From contig OZ024740.1 of NCBI GenBank assembly GCA_964016885.1, positions 248,620,001 to 248,684,000 on the forward strand: a stretch of 64,000 nucleotides of DNA. The letters are read 5' to 3'. Origin of the DNA: Eledone cirrhosa (taxonomy: Eukaryota). The notes below the pieces were generated by a model that worked only from the letters and a program-made list of their open reading frames with translations, had not been told where the DNA came from and searched no databases. Made by a program: the position numbers and the translations under genes. Shown here piece after piece: positions 37,193 to 50,397 of the stretch. Positions within the stretch are counted from its first letter, which is position 1. Every line of letters begins with the position of its first letter.

Positions 37193-37954
37193 ATGGTGAC
37201 GAGACTACGAACGAGTGAAGCGATTAAGGCGTTTATCGGTGAAGGCGATGTTGTCGCTTGGCTGCGAAAAGTCCGGCTGGTCGCAAGCTTTCAGAAGATA
37301 GAGGATATGGCTGGCCTCATGACACTGTACCTCGAGGGGGACGCATTGGTACTCTTCCTTGAGTTGGATGAACACAGCCAAAGAGATGCGCAAAAGATTG
37401 AGAGGCGCATGATAGAAGCGTTCGCAGAGGGACCGTTAGCCGCTTTTGCTAAGCTGGCAAGAATTAGTTGGAACAGTGAACGCGTTGACATTTTCGCAGC
37501 GGAAATACGGCGATTGGCCATGTTGGCTGGATATCAGGTGGAATGCGAACGCACGGTACGGTTGGCGTTCATAAATGGATTTCCAGACGACATAGCAGTG
37601 AAATTGCAGCAAGTCCCAGGTTACAAAGAAATGGAAATGTGTTCACTGGTGGAACAAGCCCGGATCATAGCAGAAGATGCCAAGAAGAGTGTCGCGGCGA
37701 TAGCAACTACAGAGGCTCAAGACAGCTGGCAGCGAAATGGTGAAAGGGAGGCAACCACGGCACGCGGTCGCCCGCGAACGTTTAGAGGTCGCTGTTTCAG
37801 GTGCCAGGGCCCGCACATGGCTAGAGACTGTAGAGAGTCAAGGCCAGAAATAATATGCTACCGGTGTAAGCGACCAGGCCACATCGCTACTAACTGCGAC
37901 CAGGGAAACGATCCAAGGGGAACTACTGCGCCGGTAGTTGCCCCTTACGAGTAG
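37193..37954 (+). CDS. gag: Gypsy Gag with two CCHC zinc knuckles
   Basis: Intact 253-aa ORF with CFRCQGPHMARDC and CYRCKRPGHIATNC. Confidence 0.9.
   Translation: MVTRLRTSEAIKAFIGEGDVVAWLRKVRLVASFQKIEDMAGLMTLYLEGDALVLFLELDEHSQRDAQKIERRMIEAFAEGPLAAFAKLARISWNSERVDIFAAEIRRLAMLAGYQVECERTVRLAFINGFPDDIAVKLQQVPGYKEMEMCSLVEQARIIAEDAKKSVAAIATTEAQDSWQRNGEREATTARGRPRTFRGRCFRCQGPHMARDCRESRPEIICYRCKRPGHIATNCDQGNDPRGTTAPVVAPYE
37903..37946 (+). promoter_or_regulatory. -1 programmed ribosomal frameshift signal (gag-pol)
   Basis: Slippery heptamer G-GGA-AAC at 37903-37909, then after 5 nt the hairpin AAGGGG-AACTAC..GTAGTT-G-CCCCTT. The -1 frame is open into the protease. Confidence 0.8.
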
Positions 37955-40760
37955 AGGCGCTGCCCGTGGTGGAAGTCATCGTGAGGGGAAAGCCACAGCG
38001 AGCCCTCGTGGACACGGGCTGTACGACGACACTGGTGACCGCGGGGGTGGCGCAGAGGTGGAGAGGGAAGAGCAGCGTAAGGGCAGTCGACGGCAGGAAA
38101 ATTGAATGCCAAGGTCGCAGCGAGGTGGAGATAGCGGTACGGGGAATGAAAATAAGGCTTTCTGCCATCGTAGTTGACAACGTGGTGGATGGGATCGGCG
38201 TGATTATGGGCATGGACGCAATTGGCCGTCTAGGAGGCGTCACAGTGAACAACGTCGGTGTGTCGTTTGGCGGCGCTGCATCGGTATGCGCTGTGAGTAC
38301 GCGACAGGAGAACCAGAAGGCCCACGAAGAGAAATACCCCGCTTACACTGTGCAGGACAAAGACTTCAAGGCCGTGTTCGATGGGCAGCGATGGATTGTT
38401 GAGTGGTACTGGAAGGGAGAACCACCAACACTGAAGACCAAAGTGGGCTGCTATCAACACACATTGAAGGGAAACATTAGGAGCAAGTTCGAGCGAGAGG
38501 TAGAGAGATGGATTGAGGAGGGCATACTGCTTCCCTGGAAAGAGGAGGTGAAGTGCGGAGTATTGCCGTTAATGGCGGTGGCGCAACCCACGAAGAACAA
38601 GGTGAGGCCGGTGCTGGACTTTCGGGAGCTGAACGAGCACGTGCCATGCCACACGGGTGGCGAGGTCACGGATGTCTGTGGGGAAACCCTGCGTGAGTGG
38701 AGACGCATGACGGGGGATTCAGCAATCGTAGATCTAAAGTCGGCATACTTGCAATTGCATATAGATGAGAAGCTCTGGCAGTATCACCTGGTCAGGTGTA
38801 AGGGCCGGACATATTGCCTGACCAGGCTCGGTTTCGGGCTGAGCTCCGCACCGTAGATCATGGCGGCGCTCCTCAAGACCATTCTGGGAAAGGCCGACAA
38901 GATGAAGAGGGCCACTAACTCTACATTGGCGACATCCTAGTGGACGAGTCTCTGGTGTCGGCGGCGGAGGTCACGAGCCATTTACAGGGGTATGGATTGG
39001 CTGCGAAGCCGTCAGAAGCGTCGGAGGGAGGAGCCGCGCTGGGACTTAGGCTACGGCGAGACAGGAAGGGCGTCTTGGTATTCCAGAGGGGAAATGAAGT
39101 TCCAGAACTGGGCCCAAGTATGAGTAGGCGGGAGCTTTTCTCGGTGTGTGGAAAGTTGGTGGGTCACTACCCGATTGCTGGGTGGCTCCGGACGGCATGC
39201 AGCTATGTCAAGAGACGAGCGGGAGGGGTGACTTGGAGTGACAGAGTGGACGAGAGGGCGGTGGCCATGATGCAGGAGATCGTGGGTAGGGTGAAGGCCG
39301 ACGACCCAGTGCGGGGTCGCTGGTATGTTCCCAAATCGCAGAGCGGGACCGTATGGTGCCATGCCAGCAGCATAGTTCTGGGTGTCACGTTGGAGATAGG
39401 AGGTGTTGAGGTCGAGGATGCAGCCTGGCTTAGGAAGAAGGACGACTGCAACCACATCAACGTGGCCGAACTGGACGCAGTGTTGAGAGGGGTGAACCTT
39501 GCCCTGAGGTGGGGACTGCGCACCATCGAGATACGCACCGACTCGGCTACTGTATTCGGATGGGTGAGATCAGTGCTCACCAGTGAGAAGAGAGTGCGAA
39601 CGAGAGGGGCGGCGGAGATGCTGATACAGTGCCGCCTGGGAAATTTAGGAGAGCTGACCACCGAGTTCGACCTGAGGCTGAACGTAGTTTTCGTTCCCTC
39701 AGAGAAAAATAGGGCGGACGTCTTAACTAGGGCGAAGAAAGCCTGGATGGAAGCGCCGGAGGAGGTAGAAAATGAGATAGCTGCCGTGTGTCGGCTGACC
39801 GAGTCGGATCTGAAAGGGTTGCATGACATGCACCACATGGGAGTGGATAGGAGGCTGTTCCTAGCCAGGAGAATCGACTCGGACGTTAACAGACACAGTG
39901 TTCAAAGGGTGGTTAGAGGCTGCGCCCGATGTCAATCCATTGATCCCGCCCCGGGTGTGCACGAAACGGGAAGCCTCCCGGTGGATCGCGACTGGAAGCG
40001 ATTGGCGGTGGATGTAACACACTACCGACAGGGAACGTACCTCTCGATGGTCAACTGTGGACCGGGACGGATGGCGATATGGAGGGAGATGAAGACTGGA
40101 ACGGCCGAGGAAATCATGCGGACGCTGAGAGAGGTGTTCTTGGAGCGGGGCCCTGTGAACGAACTGCTGATGGACAACAGCGCAGCGTTCCGCTCGGAGG
40201 CGCTGAGGGAGATGCTCGATGGATGGAAAGTAGACCGTTTCTTCTGAGCAGCGCACAGGCCGAGCGGGAATGGAATTGTGGAGCGACACCACCGGACGAT
40301 CAAGGCAATGGCGGAGCGGGGCCACATCTCACCAATGGAGGCAGTGTTCTGGTACAACATGTCCCCTCGGGTGGGACAGGTCGAGGAATCGGTGCCACAC
40401 AGAGCAGTATTCAGATACGAGTGGCGGCACCCATGCACGCCACCACAACGGCCAGTGGGGAAAGAGAGTGCATTCGTGCAAGTGGGCGAAGAAGTCTGGG
40501 TTAAGCCCCCAGATGCACGTTGCACATCTCAATAGGGAAGGGGAACGGTGACAGTCGTAAATTTCCAGAACAATGTGTCCGTGGACGGAGTACCACGTCA
40601 TGTCCTGGATGTCCGTAGAATCACTGTGTCAACGGACTCCGAGGAAGAGGAAACCCAAAGTGCCGCCCCAACACTGCGGAGATCGCAAAGAAGTAGCAAA
40701 CCACCAACCTGGACAGCAGACTTTCATATGCAGCAGGACGAGGGGGAAATTGATCCTTGA
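37903..40760 (+). pseudogene. pol: Gypsy Pol (protease, RT, RNase H, integrase) with premature stops
   Basis: ALVDTGC; RPVLDFRELN; VDLKSAYLQ; YCLTRLGFGL; YIGDIL (decayed YIDD); INVAEL..RTDS; H..HHMG..C..C; AVDVTH..LMDN..VERHHR. Stops at 38856, 40247 and 40535. Confidence 0.92.
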
Positions 40761-41131
40761 GATCAGGGGGGCGTGTGGGTATGGTGTGGTGTGCGGTGGC
40801 CGGAAACTGGGGAGTGCTCGACCGGAAGAGTGCTTGACCGGAAGGGTGTTTGGCCGGAAGGGTGCTCGACCGGAAGGGCCAGCAGATCGGCCTCTCTCTA
40901 GTGGTGACCAGGAACGGTGTGGACGCGAGTTTTGGCAGCTCCCAGTGTTAATGAGTTGGACGCACGTGGAAGAGGAGAAACCAGCAATGGGATTTAGCGG
41001 CGCCTATGAATAGCGGTAAGTGAGATAGCTTTTTCTAACCACACTGTTTATTATAATAAATTACTGTATTTGAGCTGTTTTAACTTCTCTACAAATTTTT
41101 CTTATATTGATTTTGTAAAAGACGATATCCT

Positions 41132-41211
<80 letters not shown>

Positions 41212-41416
41212 TGTATTCTTTCTCTACATACTAACATGTACTCAAAAGACACGGCAACACCTAGGCAATTTCCAGTAATCCTGATATATGTGGCATACCA
41301 ATGCTGGAATCCCAAAATTAAATACATTCAACACTATTGCCGTCATTATTGACGGCACTGGTCCACTAGTGTATTTATAGAGAACAATGTCTGGTGTTAC
41401 GTATCATCAATACAAA

Positions 41417-41549
41417 TGACGTCAAATGAAAGAGTAAACAGTTCGCAACTGGACGATCCATTTTCTACTTTTCTAGTAATTTGTACCACAATTGTGTATT
41501 TGATTCTTCGTCTTCAGCTCTTTTTATATGTCTGAGGTTTCAGGTAAGT
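41417..41549 (+). promoter_or_regulatory. Candidate promoter and non-coding first exon of the LRRC42-like gene
   Basis: Palindromic CRE site TGACGTCA at 41417-41424 in non-repetitive DNA. Consensus donor CAG|GTAAGT at 41543/41544. Matching acceptor TTTTCTTCTCTTTATCAG ends at 51039. Confidence 0.45.
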
Positions 41550-41984
41550 TGAGAAATTCTACTTTGCTCTTTTAATCGTGGCTGTCATATTTGTCCGCTT
41601 TAATCTGAAAGTTCGTTTGGTGAAACATGTTTAGAAGATTTGGAGAACCGCTTTCCAAGGGATATGTTGTTGATGTTTACCTCCAGATTTCTACTGATCG
41701 AGCAAGGAAATACTCAAAGACGTTCCATCAGTGACCATCTCGTCTATATTATTCAAAGCATATTTTTACTTAAGATGCTAAAGTGCGTTTTTAAGGGTTA
41801 TTTGGCTGCTATTTCAAGCTAGTCAAGAAACCACACATGGGCTCTATTTGCTCCCAACAGAATGATGTTGGGCTAATCACCCAGCTCACTGTTCCATCAC
41901 GAATGCGTAGACTGCCTCAATCTAACCTGCCGTAAATTGATTCGAAATCGTGGTGCAACTAACCACTGTAAACGACGGAAACAC

Positions 41985-42645
41985 TGTCATTGGCAAAGTG
42001 TTGTGACACATCCCTGTCAGATTAACTTAGCGTAACTGCGCTTTGGGGAGATGCATTTTCCACTTGAATAAGTGAATAATTCAATATACACCGGTGTGTG
42101 TTGGACCTCAGTCGATGCCACTGAGGAGTGTTTCAGTTGATTCGATTAACGCAAGGTTTCCTAACCGTGGGTGCTACCACCCTCTGGGGATGCATGGTAG
42201 CATTCCAGGGAGTGCGAGATAACAATGATAATTTAATTCTTTTTTAGGATTTATTCAAATTTTAATTTGTTATATTTTTTTTTCTTTTCCATGTTTCATT
42301 TTTGTTTACATATTATTGAAATATTAAATTATATAGATCTATTGCTCAAATTTAGTATTAATTCGTCTTCTATATGCTAAAATAAATTATTACTTTTTGA
42401 AGGGGTGCGAGTATATATAAAAAAATGTTTAGGGGTGCAGGCATGAAAAAGGTTGGGAAACACTGGATTAACGGAACTGCTTACTCGTAAAATCAACGTG
42501 TGAAGCGTGACATAGGGTATGACAGATCTACAGGTACAACTCATTTTGGCTGGAACAATGTGAAATAAAGTATTTTTCTCAAGGACACAACACGTCGCCG
42601 GCAATTGAACTCAAGCCCTTGCTATCGTGAGTCGAATGTGCCTTC
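41985..42645 (-). mobile_element. Decayed tRNA-derived SINE interrupted by a MITE
   Basis: The minus strand has GAGTTCAATT (box B-like), then GTTGTGTCCTTGAGAAAAATACTTTATTTCACATTG, a common SINE body motif. The sequence is continuous across the MITE. Confidence 0.55.
42152..42465. mobile_element. Non-autonomous hAT (Charlie-like) MITE
   Basis: Imperfect TIRs CAAGGTTTCCTAACC and GGTTGGGAAACACTG, with an exact 8-bp TSD GATTAACG at 42144-42151 and 42466-42473. Confidence 0.88.
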
Positions 42646-43067
42646 ACATCTGTAGATCTACCTTAATACAAGAACATTGGATGGTAGAGCAGCAGTGAGT
42701 GGTTAGCAGGGCACTAGGGAGAAGATATCAGTGTAGTTGGGAATAGATAATAGTACAGTTGAAGATTTATAATTTGAAAACATTCCTTTCAATGTAAGAT
42801 CTACCACATCTAATACATGTTATGTGGTTGGGTCTGTCGGCAAAGAAAAGGGCACTAGCTAGTTTTGCACTCTCTCTCTCTCTCTCTCTCTCTCCTCACT
42901 ACTTTTCAATGTTGCACCCTCAGCTTTAGAAATATTTATGGCAATATGCTTATTCCGAAACTTGGCCTTAGAATAATTGCTTATTAGAATGCTCATCCAA
43001 AATGTTCCTAAGTCTGGCAACGAGCCTGTATACGGTACCCCATTTAAGCTCGTAAACACATGTCCAG

Positions 43068-46009
43068 TGCGATATTGTGTTCTTGTGTCCGCTGTGTTGA
43101 AGTGGTTAGTCTGTAGACAAATAAAATCTATCTTCTATAAATAATGTATCATATTATCGAATATATATGGATCTACTCAAGAAGAGACTTTGGTTAAGGT
43201 GTAGAATTCACGTCTGATATCCGCTGTTTTCACTTTAATCTTCTTGAGTAGCCATAGATAAAATCTTGTGACCTGAAAGATTTGATGTCTTTCCAAACAC
43301 CAGTGGCTGACACATCATGGACACATTCGAAAAGGATGTTTATCAGTTGTATGAATACTGTTAACACTGCTCATGCAAACTTGATGTCTTGATCAATTTC
43401 ATTTCGCCAACTGTGTTTGAATTCATATCTGACTGCATTGAGACTATACAGTGCTAACCACTCTAGAGAATTTGTACATTACTCGACTGAATCCTCTCTT
43501 GCTGGGGAAAGTTACTGTTCAGTTGAGTATCCAAAACTATGTCCATAATTGTTAACTCTCTGTTTTAGACAACCTCTGTGCAGACATCATTGTTGGACAG
43601 GACATTTTTTTCAGAACATGAGAGTTTTTGAACGTTGATTTTGAAGGTACAAAACCACCAATATCTATTTGTGGACAAAAAATTTCAAGGGGACTGTAAG
43701 CCAATTGCCATGAAGTCCAGAAATTAAAGCAAACGTCAACAGGAATCCATTCAGTCTGAAGTCCAGCGTCTCTTAGAAGTTATTGAGCCTAGTTCTTTTC
43801 CTCAAGAAACCTAAGTTGTTATTACAATGAATGAGCGACATTATCAGAGAATGGTAGTTGATTATTCACAAGCAATCAACAGGTTTACCCATCTTGACGC
43901 CTACCCACTCTTGCGTATCTCAGATCAGATCAATGCACTTGCTAGTAAATATACTAGTACAATTGATCTGAAAGATGCTTTTTACCAAGTTCCTTTGTGC
44001 TCAGATGACCGTATTTTCACAGCTTTTGAAGCTGATGGACAGTTATGGCAGTTCACAAGAATGCCTAAAAGAATTACTAACAATGTTGCCTGCTTCTAAA
44101 GGGAAGTGGACAAATTCATTCAAGACAATGAATTAAAGGCAACATATGTTTATCTTGACAAGATTACCATCAGGGGAGTTGGCTAAGATGATCATGATGC
44201 AAATTTACAGTTCATGTCTGTTGCTGATGCTGACAACTCAAAGTTTAATAAGGACAAGTGCATCATATCAGTTCCAACTATTAAACTTTTGGGCTATGAA
44301 ATCTCACACAACAAAATTCGTCCTGATCCAGATCGCCTTCAGCCTCTTCGAGATCTGCCACCACCAGTCAATGTGAAGCAACAGAAGAAAGTGGTAGGAG
44401 TTTTTGCGTATTACTCTAAGGGGATTAAGAATTTCTCCGCAAAGATCAAGCCACTTACAAGTAATACTAGTTTTGCATTGTCTTGGCAGATTCTTGAAGT
44501 ATTTTGTGATTTGAAGAAAGACATAGAAAACAATCTGTAGTCTACTGTTGATGAAAAATTACCTACGGACGCATCTGACATTGCCATAGCAGCAAACATT
44601 GAACCAATGTGGTATATATGTAGTCTTCTCTTGTGTCTTAAGCACAGGCGAGCTGAATTATCCTCCTGTTAAAAAAGAGGTGTCACTGAGGACATTACCT
44701 TAGCTAGAAACGTTTCACACTAATTATTGACCAGGAGTTTTACATTTGATAACAAATGCTTTGGTAAGATCAAATTTGACAAAATTAAGAGATGGAGATT
44801 GGTGTTATAATTCAGTTTTGACATTCGATATAGACCAGATGCTGAGAATATAGCAACAGATGCTTTTTACACGTTTACTCTGTAATACTAGTGATAAATT
44901 GGTGCAACTTCACAATGCTCTCTGCCACTCAGGTATATCATGTATGTATCACTATGTCAAGACGAAGAACATCCCTGCTTCCATTGAAGATGTTCGATCT
45001 GTTGTGTCATCATGCAAAATTTGTGCTGAATGTAAACCAAGGTTTTTTTAAGTCTGATGATCATGGTGTTCATTTAGTTAAAGCTACACAACCATTAGAC
45101 TTCAATAAGTACGGTTGTAGAAGAGTATTCAAGATTTCCATTTTCTATACCCTATTCTGACATTAGTTCGTCATCGGCGATGCCTCGCTATGTCCACTCA
45201 GATAGAGGCAATGTGAAAGCACATCGCTTAGTGCTTACAGTGTTGAGCTCACAATCGTAAGGTTGCACCACATGATGCAGCACCACTGGAGCAATGTTCA
45301 GTTTCCCCAGACACTCAGCTTCAGGATAATCTATCCCTAGCTGGTTAAACAATGCTAGTTGTGTCTTATTGAAATGACATGTGAGACAGTCAAAATATGA
45401 TCTTATTGAAGAAGTAGATTTGATAGAAAGTAATCCTAACTATGCTCTTATCGGGTACCTTATCGGGTCGAAAAAGCAATCTCTCTTTCTGAGAGATCTT
45501 GCTCCCCTGTGAAGATAGCAACAAGAAAGGTTTGTTTTATGCCTTCTGATTTAATGCTACAAACCACTTCCACTCTGCCAATACCTGGTCCACTCTCAAT
45601 TCCAGAATAACATGTATCAGGTGAAATTCTTCATTCCCCCATGCAGATTTCACCATAATCTACCGAATCACAGCCAGCTCATATTGAGTCACCTTCGACA
45701 TTACCTGTGCAACTGTTGCGCAAATCTACAAGAAAAAGATGCCCACCACAGAAATTAATTTTGAGACTCTCTTTAGCCTATTGTTTCTCCACCTGGAGAG
45801 AATGTGATATTGTGTTCTTAAGCAGTTTGTGTAATTAGTTTGACATCTGCTGTGTTGAAGTGGTTAGTCTATAGACAAATAGTAGTTAGTCTGTAGACAA
45901 ATAGAACCTACTATCTTCTATAAATAATGTATCATATTATCGTGTGATATCTACTTAAGAAGATCTTTTGGTTAAGGTGTAGAATTCACATCTGATATCT
46001 CACTGTTTT
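43068..46009 (+). mobile_element. Old, internally deleted Gypsy LTR element (LTRs about 43068-43230 and 45803-46009)
   Basis: Direct terminal repeats share GCTGTGTTGAAGTGGTTAGTCT..TTGGTTAAGGTGTAGAATTCAC. PPT GGAGAGAA. RMVVDYSQAINRFTHLDAYPL, IDLKDAFYQVPL, FTAFEA, TDASD, LHNALCH..C..C. Confidence 0.88.
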
Positions 46010-46309
46010 CCCTTCATCCACATTGTTTACAGTGAAGTTGGCTAGTGTGAACAAATTGTCAGTGTGTGGGGACTGATTCCCAGTCAGGTATTTTCTCAGA
46101 AAAAGAACAGAGTACGCCAGCTGTGTATTTTCATTTCTGTATATTTGGACAGTTTTTATATTGTTAATTTTTCCTAGCAATAAAATTGTCGCAAAATATT
46201 TCTGACACTTTACTGAATGTCTACAGAAATTTCTAATGAAGGTAAGAGAGTACTCTTATCTATTGTGTCAGAGTTTTCCCTCATTCAGTAAGCGCTATTA
46301 AAACATCTA

Positions 46310-49300
46310 GAAGTCATCCATCACATGTCTTGAACTGACGAATAAGAACGAACTTTATGCAACATCCAGTGACGACGAATCTTTTTTAGAATTACACAGT
46401 CTGATCGCCATTTAAATTGATAACATGCAAAGAATTCTTTTTGAGCCATCCTTTTGTCAAATTTCTTGTTCCAGGCTTCCCAATAATCATCGCAGCAATA
46501 AGATCCCGTCCAGTGGAGCAGCAGAGTCCTGCTGGTTATGTTTTGACGTCCTACTTGGCGATTTGCATCTGGTGACCAGAGCAGTTTTCCTGCAGGTTCA
46601 TCATGGTGGGAAACATGACCAACAAGAACCAAGCGACGGGATCGCACTTTCGTTGAAACTCATGGCAGATCACTATAAAGAACTTTGTTGGCAGTGTGAC
46701 TTTGCCATGAAATGTTGAATACCACACGAAACATCTTTGTGCAGGAACCATTAAGTCTCCTTGAGTGAGCGACATTAAGAGTCCAAGATTCTAAAGTATA
46801 TAGTAAGATGGTTTGAAGAATTTGCACTTCAAAGATCTTGGAATGGAACCTTTCTAGACCTTTTGTAGTGGATTTATTGCACACCGTGTTTGACCAATTC
46901 TGGTGGTCAGATCATGCTCAGAGTCGGTATAACTACCCAGATATTTAAATTCTTGAACAAATTCGGCACATGAACCATCAGAAGCATATAATGTATTGAG
47001 AGTGAATGGATTCAAATGCATGGATTTAATTTTTGAAGCATTGAGAAACAAACCCACCTCCTGGCAAGCTGTCTTGACATAGTGGAAGAAGTCCTGAGCT
47101 GTTTCAATAGTATCTTCCAGAGGAGCAATGTCATCTGTATAATCAAGATCAGAGACCACAATAACTTGAAGACAGCTACTCCGACAACTTTTGATGGTTA
47201 TACCATCAGTATCTCTGATAACAATGCGGAGAGCGTAGTCCAAGCATATCATAAAAAGAAACAAAGTAAGTGGATCACCTTGCAAAGTGCCTGTAACAAT
47301 TGTAAACATGTTGGTTTCTCCCTCAGGTGTAAGGACAACAGCTGACATGTTTCCATACATGACACAAACAGCAGAAAGTGCATCAGAAGGAATTATATAA
47401 ACTTCAAGAATCAGGAAAAGATTAGTACGATCAACTGAATCAAAAGCTTCACGGAAAATAATAAATGTTAGAACTGCTTCCTTGTCCTAATTTTGAAGCT
47501 CATCGACAATTCTACATAAAGCAAGAATATGAGTTGTGGATCTACTTTTTCGGTAACCGTTTTGGTTTGGATGAAGAACTGTGTCGATAACTGGATGGAT
47601 TCTGTTCAGCAAACAACAATTGTAGATCTTGGAGGCAACTTGAGTCAGAGATATACCGCTGTAGTTGTCTGAAACGCAGATCCCTTTTCTGTGCGATTGG
47701 AGAAAGGCCTGATACGCCCCACGCCTTAGATCGATTGCCATTGTAAATTTCATTGCAGAACTTCCGAAAGGCCTTCTTCATCTTGGGGAGTTTCTAGAAC
47801 CCTGGTGGTAGGACATCAAGGATTCCGAATTTTCATTCGATCGATTGCTGAGTTGATTTCATATTGCGAGAACTCACCTTGTTTGATGTAATTAAGTGCG
47901 TTGAAAATCTTATTAATGGGAATATTTCAGCAGAAGCTGGAGCATTTAGGAGGTTCTTGAAATGATTCGTCCAGGTCTTGAGATGATCTTCATCCTCGAT
48001 AAAGGTGACACTTCTAGTTCTTTTTCCAGAACTGAACTCTACGCATTCCTTATGACAGCTGGGGCAGCAGGATTTTCAAATGAAAGTAGGATATAATTTA
48101 TCCTTCTGTCCTCAGAACTGTCAACAGTCACACGCAGATTGATTTGCGAATTTTTAATGTCTCCAATAGAAGCATGAACAGTTTCTTCGAGTAGCTATAA
48201 CTTCGTTAGCACTAGTAGACTTATGAGGAGGAAATGGTATTTGTGGAAAATGTTCGGTACCAACACTGTTGGTAATAGAGATAAAATTGGTGTAATCCTG
48301 TTTAAGAGGAAATGTGTCGAACTAAGAAGATATGACATTGTCAATACCGTCAGCGAGTTTAGGGTCAGCTACAACAGCACGCCATAATAGGTTCTTTTTA
48401 GAAGGTTTTGGATCATGAAGGCTGAGTTTTATTGTTGCTGTAATTATATGATGATCACTGCCAATTGGATTTGATGTGGAGAAGGCTTGGTGGTCTTTGG
48501 TGCTGTTCCGCCAACATTTGTGATAAATAACGAAATCTATCTGGCTAAGATCGTTTCTTGAAGACCTGTAGGTCCAGAGATTTCTCATGTGTTTCCGAAA
48601 TGACAAGTTACCGATGATCAGATTGTGTTGCTGAATGAAATCGATTAGATACTGGTGAAGACAGAAGCCTTTGTTCAATTTAGTATAGTGTGTTGGTCGT
48701 AGAATTTCATTTCGCTTTTTCTAATTGTTATACTATATGTTGCACACCACACCTGCTTACTCATAGATTTCCACACTAATCGGTGTATTTGTGCCAACCC
48801 ATTTTCGAATTAATTGCCGATCATCTACGAAGCCAGTGGTGATGATTGTCACATGAACTATTGCTTACTATGAGACAAGTAGGATTTTTTTATCGCGGCT
48901 TACTCCTCTAGATCTGACCTGTTCTGGTAGACTATCCCATGATAGTCATATCAAAGAAACCCTGCATAGGATGTGGCTCTTCACCACACAGGTCGGTCTT
49001 CGAGCTAAGAGAGGCTAGGTGCTCAGCTTGAATGAACATAAATTGCGCGTCATCAGTTCACTGAGTTGCGTGCTAATCAGACGCTGGGTCACAAGGAGAC
49101 ACCACAAAATACCATCCAGTTCCAATCAGTGAAAGCTGCTACAGCTCTGCACACTTTTAAATTAACATATACATATTTACATATGTACACACTATTGGAT
49201 GGCCGTTAACTCTCATTATTTCCTCTGCTCTTTGTTAGGTTTTGTTTTTCATCCCACTGGGTGTCCAAAATAATCCTCCTCACCAAGCAAGCTTGGTGGG

Positions 49301-49390
49301 GTTGCCAGTTTAGTCACCGACGACCTGACCGTGTGGCAGGTTATACAGCGTTACATGTTACCAGTAGCACTTGTGAGTGACCTGATAATG
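46310..49390 (-). mobile_element. Decayed RTE-like LINE (APE-RT); 5' UTR extent uncertain
   Basis: SQIDFVI..GSDH, NYSGISL, PNQNGYR, GTLQGDPL..FLF..LDY, DLDYTDD, FKYLGS, LLYTLESWTL in fragments 46321-48678. Confidence 0.82.
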
Positions 49391-49444
49391 TGAAAAATTA
49401 GACGTGCTTTAATATCTGTGAGTAATCCAGATTTAAGTCACTAA

Positions 49445-50397
49445 TCTATATATATAAAACTGTGGTTGTCTGTCTGTCTATCGATTTTTGGCACACATCT
49501 CCTCTTAGAATCTCTCACAGAATTGCACCGAAATTGCTATACTTGTACATTGAGCCCTAGCGAAGACATCGGAAAAAAAAATTTCAAATTGACCCACCCT
49601 ATGTGACGAAATCGAATATAATGTATCGATTTTTGAGCGTAAGTTATCAGTTATTTCCCTTTGTTCTGTTTACATTGAGCGTCTTACGTAAAAATTTACG
49701 CTGGCTTTCTCAGCGTTTTGTCGAGCCAGCAAAATATTGACCTGCAAAATTCATCAGTTCGAACACTAAGCTTCCGTTTTGCTTCATTTCCATTTAAAAG
49801 CATTTTAAAACAATATTTTTACTTGAAAACAAGTCTATTTAAAGACTACGTAAAACAAGCAAATATTTCGTCGTTAGGCGTGCAGACAGACAGTCGTGCA
49901 GACAGATAGTCGTGCAGAGAGGTGATATACGCGTGCAGACAGACAGTCGTGCAGAGAGGTGATATAGGCGTGCAGACAGACAGTCGTGCAGAGAGGTGAT
50001 ATAGGCGTGCAGACAGACAGTCGTGCAGAGAGGTGATATAGGCGTGCAGACAGACAGTCGTGCAGAGAGGTGATATAGGCGTGCAGACAGACATAACTGA
50101 TAATTTGGTTACGCTAATGTTTTTCTCTGCGTTGCAGTGTTTACATTTTCGATCTTTGTTAATAAATAACCAGTGCAGTTTCTATCCCCAGCAACCTCTT
50201 TTGTTATAACATTCGGGTTATCGTTATGTTTTCTTAACTTCATAAGGCATATTGTTGGTTGAGGGAATATTAATCAAAAACACCACATGCAAGTCTGCAC
50301 AGTAGACACTACAGTTTTTAAGCCAAAAAGAAACTTAACATTGTAACTTTAACACAGCTACTGAGCGACCCCGAGCAACGCCGGGCTTTACTGCTAG
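49445..50397 (+). mobile_element. Non-autonomous Helitron-type element
   Basis: Starts a|TCTATATATATAAAAC followed by (GTCT)n. Subterminal hairpin CCCG-AGCAACGC-CGGG at 50370-50385. Ends CTAG|t, inserted at AT with no TSD. Confidence 0.85.
49877..50091. repeat. 37-bp minisatellite GGCGTGCAGACAGACAGTCGTGCAGAGAGGTGATATA inside the Helitron, about 5.5 units
   Basis: Directly visible tandem repeat. Confidence 0.95.

Larger units (their letters stand above)
36814..41043 (+). mobile_element. Full-length Ty3/Gypsy LTR retrotransposon (LTRs 36814-37070 and 40774-41043, 5-bp TSD CTGTT)
   Basis: TG..CA LTRs differ by about 9 substitutions and one 13-bp indel (by eye). CTGTT at 36809-36813 and 41044-41048. 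PPT at 40765-40771. Domain order gag-PR-RT-RH-IN. Confidence 0.97.

Noticed and set aside
49240-49390. Possible HDV-like ribozyme at the 5' end of the RTE-like LINE
   Set aside because: Hairpins are present, but I could not fit P1/P1.1/P2/P3 consistently by eye. A covariance-model search is needed.
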